Shown here in pieces: positions 51,453-63,475 of a DNA stretch of 64,000 bases. The translations under genes and the position numbers were made by a program. Source of the DNA: Ginglymostoma cirratum (lineage: Eukaryota); contig JAHRHZ010000063.1 of NCBI GenBank assembly GCA_024137785.1, positions 55,029,647 to 55,093,646 of the forward strand. Reading direction: 5' to 3'. How positions within the stretch are numbered: the stretch's first letter is position 1; each line of letters begins with the position of its first letter. The notes beneath the pieces were generated by a model, which saw only the letters and a program-made list of their open reading frames with translations, searched no databases and was not told the origin of the DNA.

Positions 51453-53423
51453 TGTAGTATTGTCAGTTGGCCCTCACAGGCAGTGCAATTGCACAGTGCA
51501 ATCCCTTGTTGTTGCCATGGATAATGTGAATAATTAATAAATTGTATTCATCAGGCCCCTGAGAAAACTATTAACCAGTAAAAAAAAAAGTTCTGGGCTC
51601 TCTACAGCTAATGTCTTCATAAATTTTCTCCTCTGCCAAATATGCTTTCAGTCACTTGCTGTAGCTAGCTATGAGCTGCAGACTTCAGTATCAGGGAAAT
51701 GTTCTTTGCGCTGAAAGACCTTGCATTGATAAAGTATCTTACAAATCCTCATGTCCCATTTACTATAAATGTAAGCAGGCCTCTGCATGTATGTAGGTAA
51801 CAGTAACATCCACTTTGTGCTTCATCAGCAATGAGAAAAGGAATGCTTTAATCTGCTTTTGATAGCATTTGTTGAGAGATAAATGCTGGTTGTGGAGAAG
51901 CCGTCTGCTTTTCTCTTTGAAGGACAGCACTTCTGACAAAGCTGCACCCCCTCAGTCTTGAAAATATAGTCAAACATTTCAGTGCAGCCCGGAATCATCA
52001 CTTTCTGACTCAGGTGCAAGGTTTGTTCCACTGACTCATGAGTAGCACTCAAAAGTGGAAGGGTTTAATCACTTCTGCAAGGGACTGAACCTTCTGTATA
52101 TGGCGTTGTCACATATTGGCTATGGGCTGTGCTGCAAAACTGTCACACTGCTATTTAACTGTCTCTCAATACTTACAGTCCATAACTATTGAATTAAAGC
52201 TCACACACAGTTCTGCGTGTAGCTGCAAATGTTTTTTTTCTTTCCATGAGGGGGAGGGAGTATGCCTTAACACATTGCTTTCTCTTTAACTGTAACAAAG
52301 GAGCTAGTCTTTACGCACTTATAAATAAAAAACTTACATTAATATAAACAAACAATTGGTTTGACATAGTGCCTTTAATATGCACGTGACTCCACAAAAT
52401 GCTTTACAGTAAGTGAAGTACATTTGAAGTGTAATCACTGTTATAATGTGTGGAACATGGTAGTCAAATTTATCCCAGCAATATCTCCCATAAATCAATG
52501 AAGTTATGCACATAAAGTCTGGTTTGCTAATGTCACTTTGGGGATTAAAATTGGCATTCGGGGTTATTCAAATGTTTTGTTTTGATAAATTCTGTCTGAA
52601 TACTGTCAAGCATAACGCATGTGCCTTGCATCTGTTCATAAGCCACTTGTGCTGAAATAAACCATCGATGTGGCCTCATCACAAGCTCAGCAGGTCTCTT
52701 GCCCCATTCCCATGCAACAAGGCTTTGCACTGAAATATGGAAGCAGAAAGAGGAGCAGGTCTGTTTGCCATCTTTGATGTTTTCAGACAACTTTTGGAGA
52801 ACAGCAGCTGAAAAGACCTCAAGCCTCCAAACTGGCTTGGACTTTCAAACCAGGAAGCTGTCTGCTCTTGGTTCAGTCTCACAATTGTGAACAGATACGT
52901 CAAGATGGTGAGAGATCTAAGGCTCTGTCAGCATCACGTGACATCCCTGCAGTTGGGAACCTCCTACTTCCACCTACACAGGAAGTTGAGGTAGGAGGGC
53001 CAGGAATCTCGCTTTGCCCTTCTTTGTGTAGATTCATTCGGTTTACTTAGGCTATTGCTGAAGCCTTTGTAAAAAAAAAAGTGCGGCTTTGTAAAATGCA
53101 TTTAACTTAATAAAATGTCCCAAAGCTCTTCACAAGAGTGTTATTCTGTAAGACAAGCTATGACCCCCGAGCCACACTGGGAAATATTAAGTCATGCCCA
53201 AAGGCTTGGTTAAAGAGGGTGTATTAAATAAGAGAGATAGAGAGGTGGAGAAGTGTAGGGATGGAAATCCAGAATTTAGGGACATGAATAACATACAATT
53301 AGATGGAGGTCTTGTGTAGCTAACATGAGTCTGGTGCAAATATCAGCATTATCATCAATACACCCTACTCATCTACCAGTGTTGTTAAGCATATAGTTTG
53401 TTTTGTGAGTTATTTCTAGACAA

Positions 53424-54200
53424 GCGGGGACAAGCTGGGCTGGTTTTGGGATGCGGTTGGGGGAGGGGAGATTTTGAAGCTTGTGAAGTCCATATTGATA
53501 CCATTGGGCTGCAGGGTTCCCAAGCGAAATATGAGATGCTGTTCCTGCAACCTTCTGGTGGCATCGTTGTGGCACAGCAGGAGGCCCAGGATGGACATGT
53601 CGTCTGAGGAATGGGAGGGGGAGTTGAAATGGTTCACGACTAGGAGGTGCAGTTGTTTAGTGCGAACCAAGCGTAGGTGTTCCACAAAGTGGTCCCCAAG
53701 CCTCTGCTTGGTTTCCCCGATGTAGAGGAGGCCACATCGGGAACAGCGGATGCAGTATACCACATTAGCAGAGCCGAGCTTCAAAATCTCCCCTCCCCCA
53801 ACAGCATATCAAAACCAGCCCAGCTTGTCCCACCTCCCTAACCTGTCCTTCCTCCCACCTATTCCCTCCTCCCACCTCAAGCCGCACCCCCATCTCCTAC
53901 CTACCAACCTCATCCCGCCCTCTTGACCTGTCTGTCCTACTTAGGCTGACCTATCCCCCCCTAACTCCCCACCTACACTCACCTTTACAGGCTCCATCCC
54001 CACTTTGACTTGTCTGTCTCCTCTCCATCTATCTTCTCCTTTATCCATCTTCTATCCGCCTCCCCCTCTCTCCTTATTTATTTCAGAATCCCCTTCTGCT
54101 CCCCCATTTCTGAAGAAGGGTCTAGACCCGAAACGTCAGCTTTCCTGCTTCTCTGATGCTGCTTGGCCTGCTGTGTTCATCCAGCTCTACACCTTGTTAT
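53424..54200 (+). mobile_element. Penelope-like element 3' end with inverted 5' segment
   Basis: 53424-53775 encodes GIY-YIG on the minus strand; 53777-54200 is the 3' end on the plus strand. Confidence 0.88.
54107..54140 (+). ncRNA. Minimal hammerhead ribozyme motif (Penelope-associated)
   Basis: CTGAAGA-a-gggtctagaccc hairpin-GAAAC-GTC. Confidence 0.65.
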
Positions 54201-54747
54201 GTCTAGAACAACTGCTGGGTTGATTTCATAGTGCACTGAACAATGGACCTAATGTAACATTTATATTTATCGTATTTAACAAAATGAGCTGCTGCCAGTT
54301 CAATTGCTTCAACATGAAGATCAGTTTGACAGTCGATTACGTTAATACATACTCTCTTGTTTGATATCTGGATCAAATTCCTGTGTGAACATTAGATTAT
54401 TGTCACAATTTCAATAACTACTAGGTGCAGGTAACAAATGCCGGGTGCTATCAGGATGCTCACAACCCACAATTGAAAAGAAAACACAGTTTGAGTTATT
54501 GATAGTTAAAAGTCACTGCAAGATATTTGCTTGATCAATAACATATTTTACCTCTCTTTAGTTTGTATGCACCAGAAACAGCTTGGTGTTTTAGAACACA
54601 ACATTATGATCATATACCATGCAGAGTGGGTACTTTTAAAAAAATTGTTAGCAATTCCATACCTTGGGGTCCACATCCTCCAAAATCAGGGTACAATGCT
54701 AATGATAAAAATGGGGATAATATAAAAGTGAATTCTCCCACTGTTTA

Positions 54748-56420
54748 GGAGAGATAAAAGGTACTGCAGATGCTGGAGAATCCGAGATAACAAGCGTGGG
54801 GCTGGATGAACACAGCAGGTCAAGCAGCATCATAGGAGCAGGAAAACTTGACGTTTCGGGCCTAAACCCTTCATCAGAAATGGGGGAGGGGAAGAGGGTT
54901 CTGAAATAAATAGGGAGAGAGGGGGAGGCGGATAGAAGATGGATAGAGGAGAGGATAGGTGGAGAGGAGGCAGACAAGTCAAAGAGGCGGGGATGGAGCC
55001 AGTAAAGGTGAGTGTAGGTGGTGGGCTAGGGAGGAGATAGGTCAGTCCAGGGAGGACAGACAGGTCAAGGGGGCGGGATGATGTTAGTAGATAGGAGATG
55101 GGGATGTGGCTTGAGGTGGGAGGAGGGGATAGGTGAGAGGAAAAACAGGTTAGGGAGGCGGAGATGAGCTGGGCTGGTTTTGGGATGCGGTTGGGGGAGG
55201 GGAGATTTTGAAGCTTGTGAAATCCACATTGATACCATTGGGCTGCAGGGTTCCCAGGCTGAATATGATTTGCTGTTCCTGCAGCCTTCGGGTGGCATCA
55301 CTGTGGCATTGCAGGAGGCCCAGGATGGACATGTCATCTGAGGAATGGGAGGGGGAGTTGAAATGGTTCGCGACTGGGAGGTGCAGTTGTTTGTTGCGAA
55401 CTGAGCGCAGGTGTTCTGCAAAGCGGTCCCCAAGCCTCCGCTTGGTTTCCCCGATGTAGAGGAAGCCACAACAGGTACAGCGGATGCAGTAATACCACAT
55501 TGGCAGATGTGCAGGTGAACATCTGCCTGATGTGGAAAGTCTTTTTGGGGCCTGGGATTGGGGTGAGGGAGGTGGTGTGGGGGCAGGTGCAGCACTTCCT
55601 GCGGTTACAAGGAAAAGTGCCGGGTGTGGTGGGGCTGGAGGGGAGTGTGGAGCAGACAAGGGAGTCGCGGAGGGAGTGGTCCCTCCGGAAGGCAGATAAG
55701 GGTGGGGAGGGAAAAATGTCTTTGGTGGTGGGGGTCTGATTGCAGATGGCGGAAGTGTCGGAGGATGATGCGTTGGATCCGGAAGTTGGTGGGGTGGTAT
55801 GTGAGGACGAGGGGGATTCTTTTTTGGTTATTATTGCGGGGACGGGGCGTGAGGGATGTGTTCCGGGAAATGCGGGAGACGCGGTCGAGGGCGTTCTCGA
55901 CTACTGTGGGGGAGAAGTTGCGGTCCTTGAAGAATGAGGACATTTGAGATGTACGGGAGTGGAATGTCTCATCCTGGGAGCAGATGCGGTGGAGCAAAGG
56001 AATTGGGAATAGGGGATGGCATTTTTGCAGGAAGGTGGGTGGCAGGAGGTGTATTCCAGGTAGCTGTGGGAGTCAGTGGGCTTGAAATGGCCATTGGTTT
56101 CTAGGTGATTACCTGAGATGGAGACAGAGAGGTTCAGGAAGGAGACAGAAGTGTTGGAGATGGTCCAGGTGAACTTCAGGTTGGGGTGGAAGGTGTTGGT
56201 GAAGTGGATGAACTGTTCGAGCTCCTCGTGGGAGCACGAGGCAGCGCCGATGCAGTCATCAATGTAACGGAGGAAGAGGTGGGGTTTAGGGCCAGTGTAG
56301 GTGCGGAAGAGGGATTGTTCCACGTAACCTACAAAGAGGCAGGCACAGCTTGGGCCCATGCGGGTACCCATGGCCACCCCCTTTGTAGGAAGTGGGAGGA
56401 ATTGAAAGAGAAAAAAACAT
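54748..56420 (-). mobile_element. Penelope-like element (Neptune-type), 5'-truncated
   Basis: MGTRMGPS, LRYIDD and YIGETKRRLGDRFAEH motifs; perfect 16-bp TSD attctcccactgttta (54732-54747, 56421-56436). Confidence 0.93.
54847..54880 (-). ncRNA. Minimal hammerhead ribozyme motif (Penelope-associated)
   Basis: Reverse strand ttCTGATGA-a-gggtttaggccc-GAAAC-GTCaa. Confidence 0.7.
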
Positions 56421-58640
56421 ATTCTCCCACTGTTTATCCTACTGCAGAAATGCTGTATGGAAGTGCCTCATGATGACAAGATAGGGTCCTTTTCTGCCCT
56501 GCTTTCTTTTTCTGACATTTAGCTTACAAAAGTGGCAGGACTAGCTTTACATGCTGCAGATAAAAGATAGGATCAGCAAGACAAGACACTTATTGGCAAT
56601 CCTCAATTGATCCTGAAATAAGCGCCAATTAAGGGTCAACCACATTGCTCAAGTCACGTGTAGGTCAGCAGACTTCATTTTCCCCCTTGGGTTATTACGC
56701 CAATTGATTGTACCCCATTACTGAAACTGAGCTTAAGAGGAGTTCCAGCTTTATTAGAACTGTACAGCACAGGAGCGGGCCCTTCGGTCCATGGTGTCAA
56801 TTAGTCAATTTTAAATGCCACCAGCTACCAGTGACGATCTGAACCAATGTTCCCAGCACATTAGGCCAGCCTCAAGGTTATAAAGCCAGTGACATTACCA
56901 ATATGCCAGCTTCTCTCCCAGGTTAAAAAAAAACATCAGCCCAGATGACATTCTCTTGAAGGGGTCATGTACGAATGAGTTGTTTTTTTGGATGACACTT
57001 TGGACATTTCAAGGTTGTCTGGCTTCACTAAGTCTCTGAGTTCTTATGGTGCCACTTTGATAGACCCACTGGACCTTTATTTATATTTGTGAAAACTGCA
57101 AATCATCTCAGAAAATGTTTATTTTTGATTGTTTGGTGTTTTGCATATATGGAAAGGTAGTGCGTATACAGCTTCATATGGGAGAATCAAAGCAAGGTTG
57201 TCCAAAGGAAGCTGAGAAATAAGAACAATTGAAAACAAGAGTGAAGAGATTCTTTTCTATGATGCTGATGCTAATAGTTTTGCATATATGTAAACATTTC
57301 ATGGTGTGCATGATTTCTTTATTTGGTACAGCAATGAGGGATTAAATAATGCAATGGAAACACAGGGAAATAAAAAGTGAAAAAGAAAGATATCAGCAGA
57401 GAGAGAAGACACTTTTCTATTGTGTTGGCATGAACAAATCTGCTCACCCAGATACAGACAGCCAAATGCAAACTGCAGGGGCATAGTAAGATCCGATTTG
57501 GATAAAACCCACTGTAACTATTAGGCATGTAGACAGTTCCTTGAGTACTACACTGGGAAAACACAGGACTAGCATGGCCATGCAAGCACCCAAAGATAAT
57601 GGAAATTAAGGTTCAATAGCTGGAGACAGATTCACAGTTAATTGAATGCCATATACACCAACCCCATGAAGCTATCAATTTTGTTACTCACTTTTCTACT
57701 TTCAAGTATATATTTAGCTGCAATTTACAAAAGTAATGATAAAATATTAGGAACCGGACATGAATCAGAGATGCAGAGCCCTTAAGCACAGTAAATCACA
57801 TTTAGTCTTTTTTAAAAACACTATTGCCAACAGCACTGGACAAAACTCCAGAAAAAATAATCAGATCTAAAGTGAAAAGTGAAAGAAACAAAAAAAATCT
57901 TGTAATTTCATAGTGTTCTTCACAACCTCAGAATGCCCCAAAGTGGTGTGTGGACAATGAAATGCAATCACCCACAGTGTAGAAAACATGGCTGCCAATT
58001 TGTACACAGGAAGGCCTACAAAACAGCATTGTGATAATAACCAAGGGTGAATCTTAATGGGAAATCAGCTAAGTGCTATTTTTGGTGAGGTTCCTGGTGG
58101 TTTTCTCTCCATGAGACCAAGTGAGTTTTCTCATGCTATCTTCCTAAACTTGCTTCATTGACTGCACACCACACTCCTATGGTGCTCCAATTGTCATATT
58201 CTCCCAGGTGCCCCAGGCAAAAGTATTGACCACTGCCAGCACTTCTCAGGAATCCCAGCGTTGGTGCCATTTTTAAAGCCTAACCTTGCACTGGGACAAT
58301 TGTCATCTGTCTCCAGCAGTCCTGCATGATTTCTGTCAATTGCCCCGGACATGTCATACCAGAAAGATGTTGACACCCAGCCTTGCTGATGGACGTCCTT
58401 GTGCATAGGGGATGTGTGTGGTCACTGCCCGTGCCTCTCTAGTAACCACTGAAAATATTGCTGGACCTGGCTCTCCATGGCAGCTGCTAAACTGCCCATG
58501 AAGACAGCCAGACACATGAACACCAAAGCTAACAATGGTATTGATAATGTACATGGATTTTACAAACTTTTGATCCAGTTTGCAAGAGTCTCCAACAAAT
58601 CTGCCTGTTGCTCCTGTGTCTGTTTGCACACATCTACATC

Positions 58641-58808
58641 AATGCTAAATTGCCTATAGTGTCCAGGGGTATGCAGGCTAGGTGGGTTAGCCATGGGAAA
58701 TGCAGTGTTACAGGGATAGGTCTGTGTGGGATACTCTTGCTCAATGTGGACCGTTGGGCCGTATGGCCTGTTTCCACACAGTAGGGGTTCTATGGCTGTA
58801 TGATTCTA
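58641..58808 (+). mobile_element. HE1 SINE 3' half
   Basis: gctaaattgcc...ggttagccatgggaaatgca...gtaggggttctatg. Confidence 0.8.
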
Positions 58809-58814
58809 TTGAAC

Positions 58815-59452
58815 TGAGATTGAGAAGTAAAGAGCATCAAGTTTGTCGGAATGATGATAACCAATCACCTGTCCTGGGCTTCCCATGTAAATGCGACAGC
58901 GAAGAAGGCACAACAATGCCTCTTCTTCCCTAGGCAGCTCAGGAAATTTGGCATGTCTCTAAGGTCCCTCACCAACTTCTACAGATACACCATTGAAAGC
59001 ATACAGTCTAGGGTGAATAATGGCCTGTTATGGCAACTGCTCTGCCCAGGGCCGTAAGAAACTACAGAAGGTTGTGTGCTTAGCCCAGACCATCACGAAG
59101 TCAACCTTCCACCATGGACTCTATTTACACAGCTCGCTGCTGCAGAAAGGCGGCCAACATCATCAAAGACTCATCCTACCCTGGTAATGATCTCCAACAG
59201 CCTCTTCCGTCAGGCAGAAGATACAGAAGCCCGAACACACGCACAAGCAGGCTCAGGAACAGCTTCTTCCCGGCCATTACCAGGCTGTTGAATGGCCTCC
59301 AGCCTCAAATAATGTAACCTGCAATGTAACCTGCATGCTTGTAAGTCTTTTTGATCTGTACATCCTTTGCTTGCTGTGATCTGCCTATACCGCTCGTAAA
59401 CAAAGCTTTTCACTGTATTTCAGCACACACGATGATGAAATCAAAATCAAAA
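58815..59452 (+). mobile_element. Rex1/Babar LINE 3' fragment
   Basis: KKAQQCLFF..QLRKFGMS..LTNFYRYTIES and LPSGRRYRS...RLRNSFFP motifs; (aaatca)n tail. Confidence 0.88.
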
Positions 59453-60204
59453 TTTGCACAAAGTTATTTATGGCTGACACCATGTGCACCTCATCTGCCT
59501 GGGGCTGAGCAGATGCCTGGTCTCCAACTGTTCTCTGAATGCCAGCAATCTGGGACATTATTTCTTCAGGCAACTGTGGAGACATGCCTTTGATTTGCTC
59601 ATCAGTTAATGCTCCCTGTAAAATACTTTCCAAGGTGTCAGTATCCGAACTGATAGGGGGTGCAGGAGCCAAAATTGCTAGTGCCTCCAGTGAGGGATCT
59701 TCCTTAGAGTTGGAGGAGGAGCTAAAAGGTGGAGGGGCTGGCTTCTAGTGGGCAGAGGCCGTGTGGATGCCACTCGTGCCTGCAGAAGACATGAGAAGAC
59801 ATGAGTTGCGTAATAGCAGTGTGTGTTTGGACATGTGTATTGGTGGGAATGACAGAGCAACACAGCACAGCACAACAAATTCTCCTTGGTTGCCAGGACA
59901 CGGAGGCCTCAGCATCATGGTTCTCTCCAGCTAATTCAAGGATCTTCTCCTCACAGAGGACGAGGAGATGAACCATCCTGCCGTCTGTCTTTGCTCTGTT
60001 GTCCCTGTTGTGGTCTGTTTCCATCTGCATTAAGACACAGTCACCAATATCTCTCAACTCCAGACCTGCACTCCATTGCTTTAGTTTTCGGCGCTGATGC
60101 TGAGCACCAAAGCTACAGGGGGACAAGGGGCCTCAAGTTCACTCTAAGTATCCTTTCTCCTGAAGTGGAGGGGTCGTTCCAGGTACAGGACCCCCAAACA
60201 TCTC

Positions 60205-60440
60205 TGTGGAGATTGTAACGAGGTCAGCCAGATGGACCTCATAGAATATGAGTTCCCTGATTGGGGCTGTTAATCTGGTCCAATCAGGGAGCCCTGGCTG
60301 GCAGATATAAAAAGTAGTGTCAGACATCCTGTTCACTCTGAGATCTGGCTCTGAGGAAGCTGGAACAGTGTCAAGTACTATACACGTGTAATTAAAGGGT
60401 GGCTCAGAGACATGATACCAGCCTCTGTGCAGTAATTTCG
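60205..60440 (+). repeat. Gypsy 5' LTR
   Basis: Direct repeat of 63257-63475; inverse match to 43583-43816. Confidence 0.9.
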
Positions 60441-63256
60441 GTGGCGATAGAGAACAGAATACTGCCCTGAAGTAACTCGCTAGCAACAGTTGTCTTTGAG
60501 TAGCGGTAAGCATTTCTGGTATCATGCCCTTATTTGGGAAGCTTGAGTCGTTCGATCCCATTATCGAAGACTGGCCCAGTATGTGGAAAGAATGTGTTAC
60601 TTTTTCCGGGCAAATGACATTGGAGCAGGTGAAAAGCAGCGAGTAATTCTTCTGACCCGTAGCTTTTTTGGTGCCTAACTTTCCCTGAGGAACTAGACAC
60701 TAAAACATTTCAAGAGTTGACAGATTTAGTTAAGGAATATTACGACACCAAGCCTCCTCTAATTCTGAGATGCTTTCAGTTTTAAGTGATGATTCGAGAA
60801 CCAGCAAATCTGCTTCGGGATTTTTGACGAGGTTAAGTCAACTGGCAGAGGCACTTTAGTTTAACCCTTATTGAGATGCTGAGAGACTGGTTGGTATGTG
60901 GGATTAACGATATAGCCATGCAAAAGTGCCCATAAGCTGAAGCTCAACTGGATTTCAAACAGGCTCTACAACTGACTTTATCATTGGAAAATGCAGCTAG
61001 TGAAGCAGACGATTTGCAGGGTATTCCGATGGAAGTGGACACCCTCTCCAGTCCGACTGAGCCTGGGGAACACCACTTGAGTGAAGACAATTGCATAGCC
61101 TCACTCAGCACATATCCTGAGCAGAGGGACTCTAGGTCAGCCCATAGCAAAACCCCACAACAAAGCCAAGCCCTGGCCAAACTGTTAAAATTTTCTTCAG
61201 GATCCAGGTCAGCAAGGCATTGTAGTTGCTGCCAGTATGTGGACTTGAGACTGCAAAAGAGTGTTACTAGAACTAAATGGACCAAGAGAACTAATAGGCT
61301 GATATCCAGTGGAATGCACGCACTGGAAAGTCTATCTTCATTTAGTTTCAAACAGTTAAATTGCTTAGCAACCTCCAAATCAGAACTAGTCAAAATAAAC
61401 ATCTAGTCAAATGGTCACCCAGTTCTAATGGAGGTTGATACTGGTGTAGCCATTTCAATGATCACAGAACCAGTCTTTAATAAAATTCACTCTGGATTCT
61501 GACCTTTAATTTTGTGCAAGACCTTGGCTAGATTTGAGAGCTTACATCTGGGAACCTACATCGAGTGAAGTCTAATTAAATACCTAGAAGTGTTTCAGGA
61601 AGACCCAGGGACTATCAAAGGAACCGCGGCCACTTTTTGTTGACCAGGAAGCAATTCTGTGATTCTGCAAGGCCCACCCAGTGCTATTTGCCTGACGGGC
61701 AAAAGTAGCGGCAGAAATCAGGAGGCTGGAAAGTGAATTAATTATCAAACCAGTCCGGTTTGCAGAATGGGCAACAGCTGTCATACTGGTTGTGAAGTCT
61801 GATGGGTCAGTTCACCTTTTTAGGAATTTTAAACCATCGGTAAACTGCATTATGCACCTGGATAAATACCCAATCCCTCGCATAGAGGATTTACACACTA
61901 AGCTGGCATATGTGTATTCCAGGCACCCTAAGTGACCTACTTGAGGTACAGAGTCAACAAGACTGGGTAACACCAATGGAAAATGAAGTGAGGGCAATCA
62001 GAAGTATGCCAGCTACCATGTCCATACTGGAGCTTAGGTCTTTCCTTGGGCTGGTAAATTGTTACAGAAAAGTTCATACATAACCTGGTCTCCATCCTGG
62101 CACCTTTACATCAACCCTTAAAAAGGGTCAGCCTTGGAAATGGTCATGTAGCGATGCCATAGCTTTCAGGGAAGTGAAATACCAGCTATCATCCTCTAAG
62201 GTGTCGACACACTACGATCCCATGCAAGACCTGGTATTGACATGTGATGCCTTCTCAACTATGCAGATCCTTTCATGGGCTCAATGTTCTTAGTCATTGT
62301 GGAAGCCCACTCAAAGTGGCTGGAAGTGCACAGAGTTCATTCGTCAAACAGAGAGACGACAATAGAAAAAAATGTACGCATCTTTGGCAACACACGGACT
62401 CCCAGAAGTGTTGGTCACAGGTAACGGGCCATTGTTTACCAGCAGGGAGTTTGAGTATTTCCTAAAGTTGAATGGTATTTGTTACAGAAGGACAGCTTCA
62501 TACCATCCATCATCCAATGGTCTGGCAGAAAGAGCAGTCCAAACTTTGAAAGCAGGCTTAAAGAAATAGCCCACAGCTTCACTGGTTATTAAACTATCCC
62601 GGTTCCTATTTGATTATAGGACCACCACTCATGTAACAATAGGGACAGTTCAAGGAGAGTTGTCACTGGGGAGAAGACTCCACACCAGGTTAAATCTGAT
62701 CTTCTTAGACCTGGGGGTTGTTGGATGAAACGACATCAGGAATGCCAATGCTGGACACAAGACTCCGCTAAACAAGAGAGACAGTTTCCTTCAGAGGATG
62801 AAGTTTTATGTAGGAACCATGGGAATGGCCCTGCATGGGTAAGAGGCTTGGTCAACGTTAGATCAGGTCCAGTGATGTATAAAGTTTGGGTAGATGTGAC
62901 AGTCCTGAACAAGCATGTGTATAATATGATAGCTGCAAACTTGCAAGCAGCGTGGGAGCAAAACATACTCGGCTCTTTGACAGCCTGTCCAAATGTTCTG
63001 GAACCCACGAATTCTCCCTCTTCATCAAGCACTGAAGATACCTCGGAATCTGAGATGGACACGGCAAATGCCGAAGCTTTGATGCCTTTGCCGACTGAAG
63101 AGGGGAATGAATTTCTTCTGAGACGCTCCGGGTACAAGAGACAAGCTAGTGTGCATCAACAAAGCGGAGGAATGTGACCGGGTGCTAAAACACTCCAGGA
63201 GGAGCGACAAAAAAAAAAAAAACTGGCTAATGTCTTCAGCCTCAGAGAGGGAGGGA

Positions 63257-63475
63257 TGTCGTGTTTGTAAAGAGGTCAGCCAGGTGGACCTCATAGGATA
63301 TGAGTTCCCTGATCAGGGCTGTTAATCTGGTCCTTTCAGGGGGCCCTGGCTGCCAGATACAAACAGGAGTGTCAGAGAACTGGTTCTGGGGGAGCTGAAT
63401 CAATGTCAAGGACTCTCCACATATAAATAAAGAATGACTTGGTGATGGGATATTGGCCTCTGTGGGGTAATTTCC
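63257..63475 (+). repeat. Gypsy 3' LTR
   Basis: Follows the PPT and precedes the TSD. Confidence 0.9.

Larger units (their letters stand above)
58045..60204 (-). mobile_element. Probable PIF/Harbinger-derived element with Myb/SANT-like remnant, carrying nested insertions; may continue after 63481
   Basis: HNRDNRAKTDGR...EEKILELAG resembles the K-T-G-G-G...EE motif after Harbinger Myb/SANT domains; boundaries uncertain. Confidence 0.45.
60205..63475 (+). mobile_element. Gypsy/Ty3 LTR retrotransposon (same family as 43583-47515), both LTRs present, internally deleted
   Basis: LTRs 60205-60440 and 63257-63475; perfect 5-bp TSD atctc (60200-60204, 63476-63480); PBS-like tggcga at 60442; PPT agagagggaggga; DTG protease and integrase YHPSSNGLAERAVQTLK. 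Confidence 0.94.
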
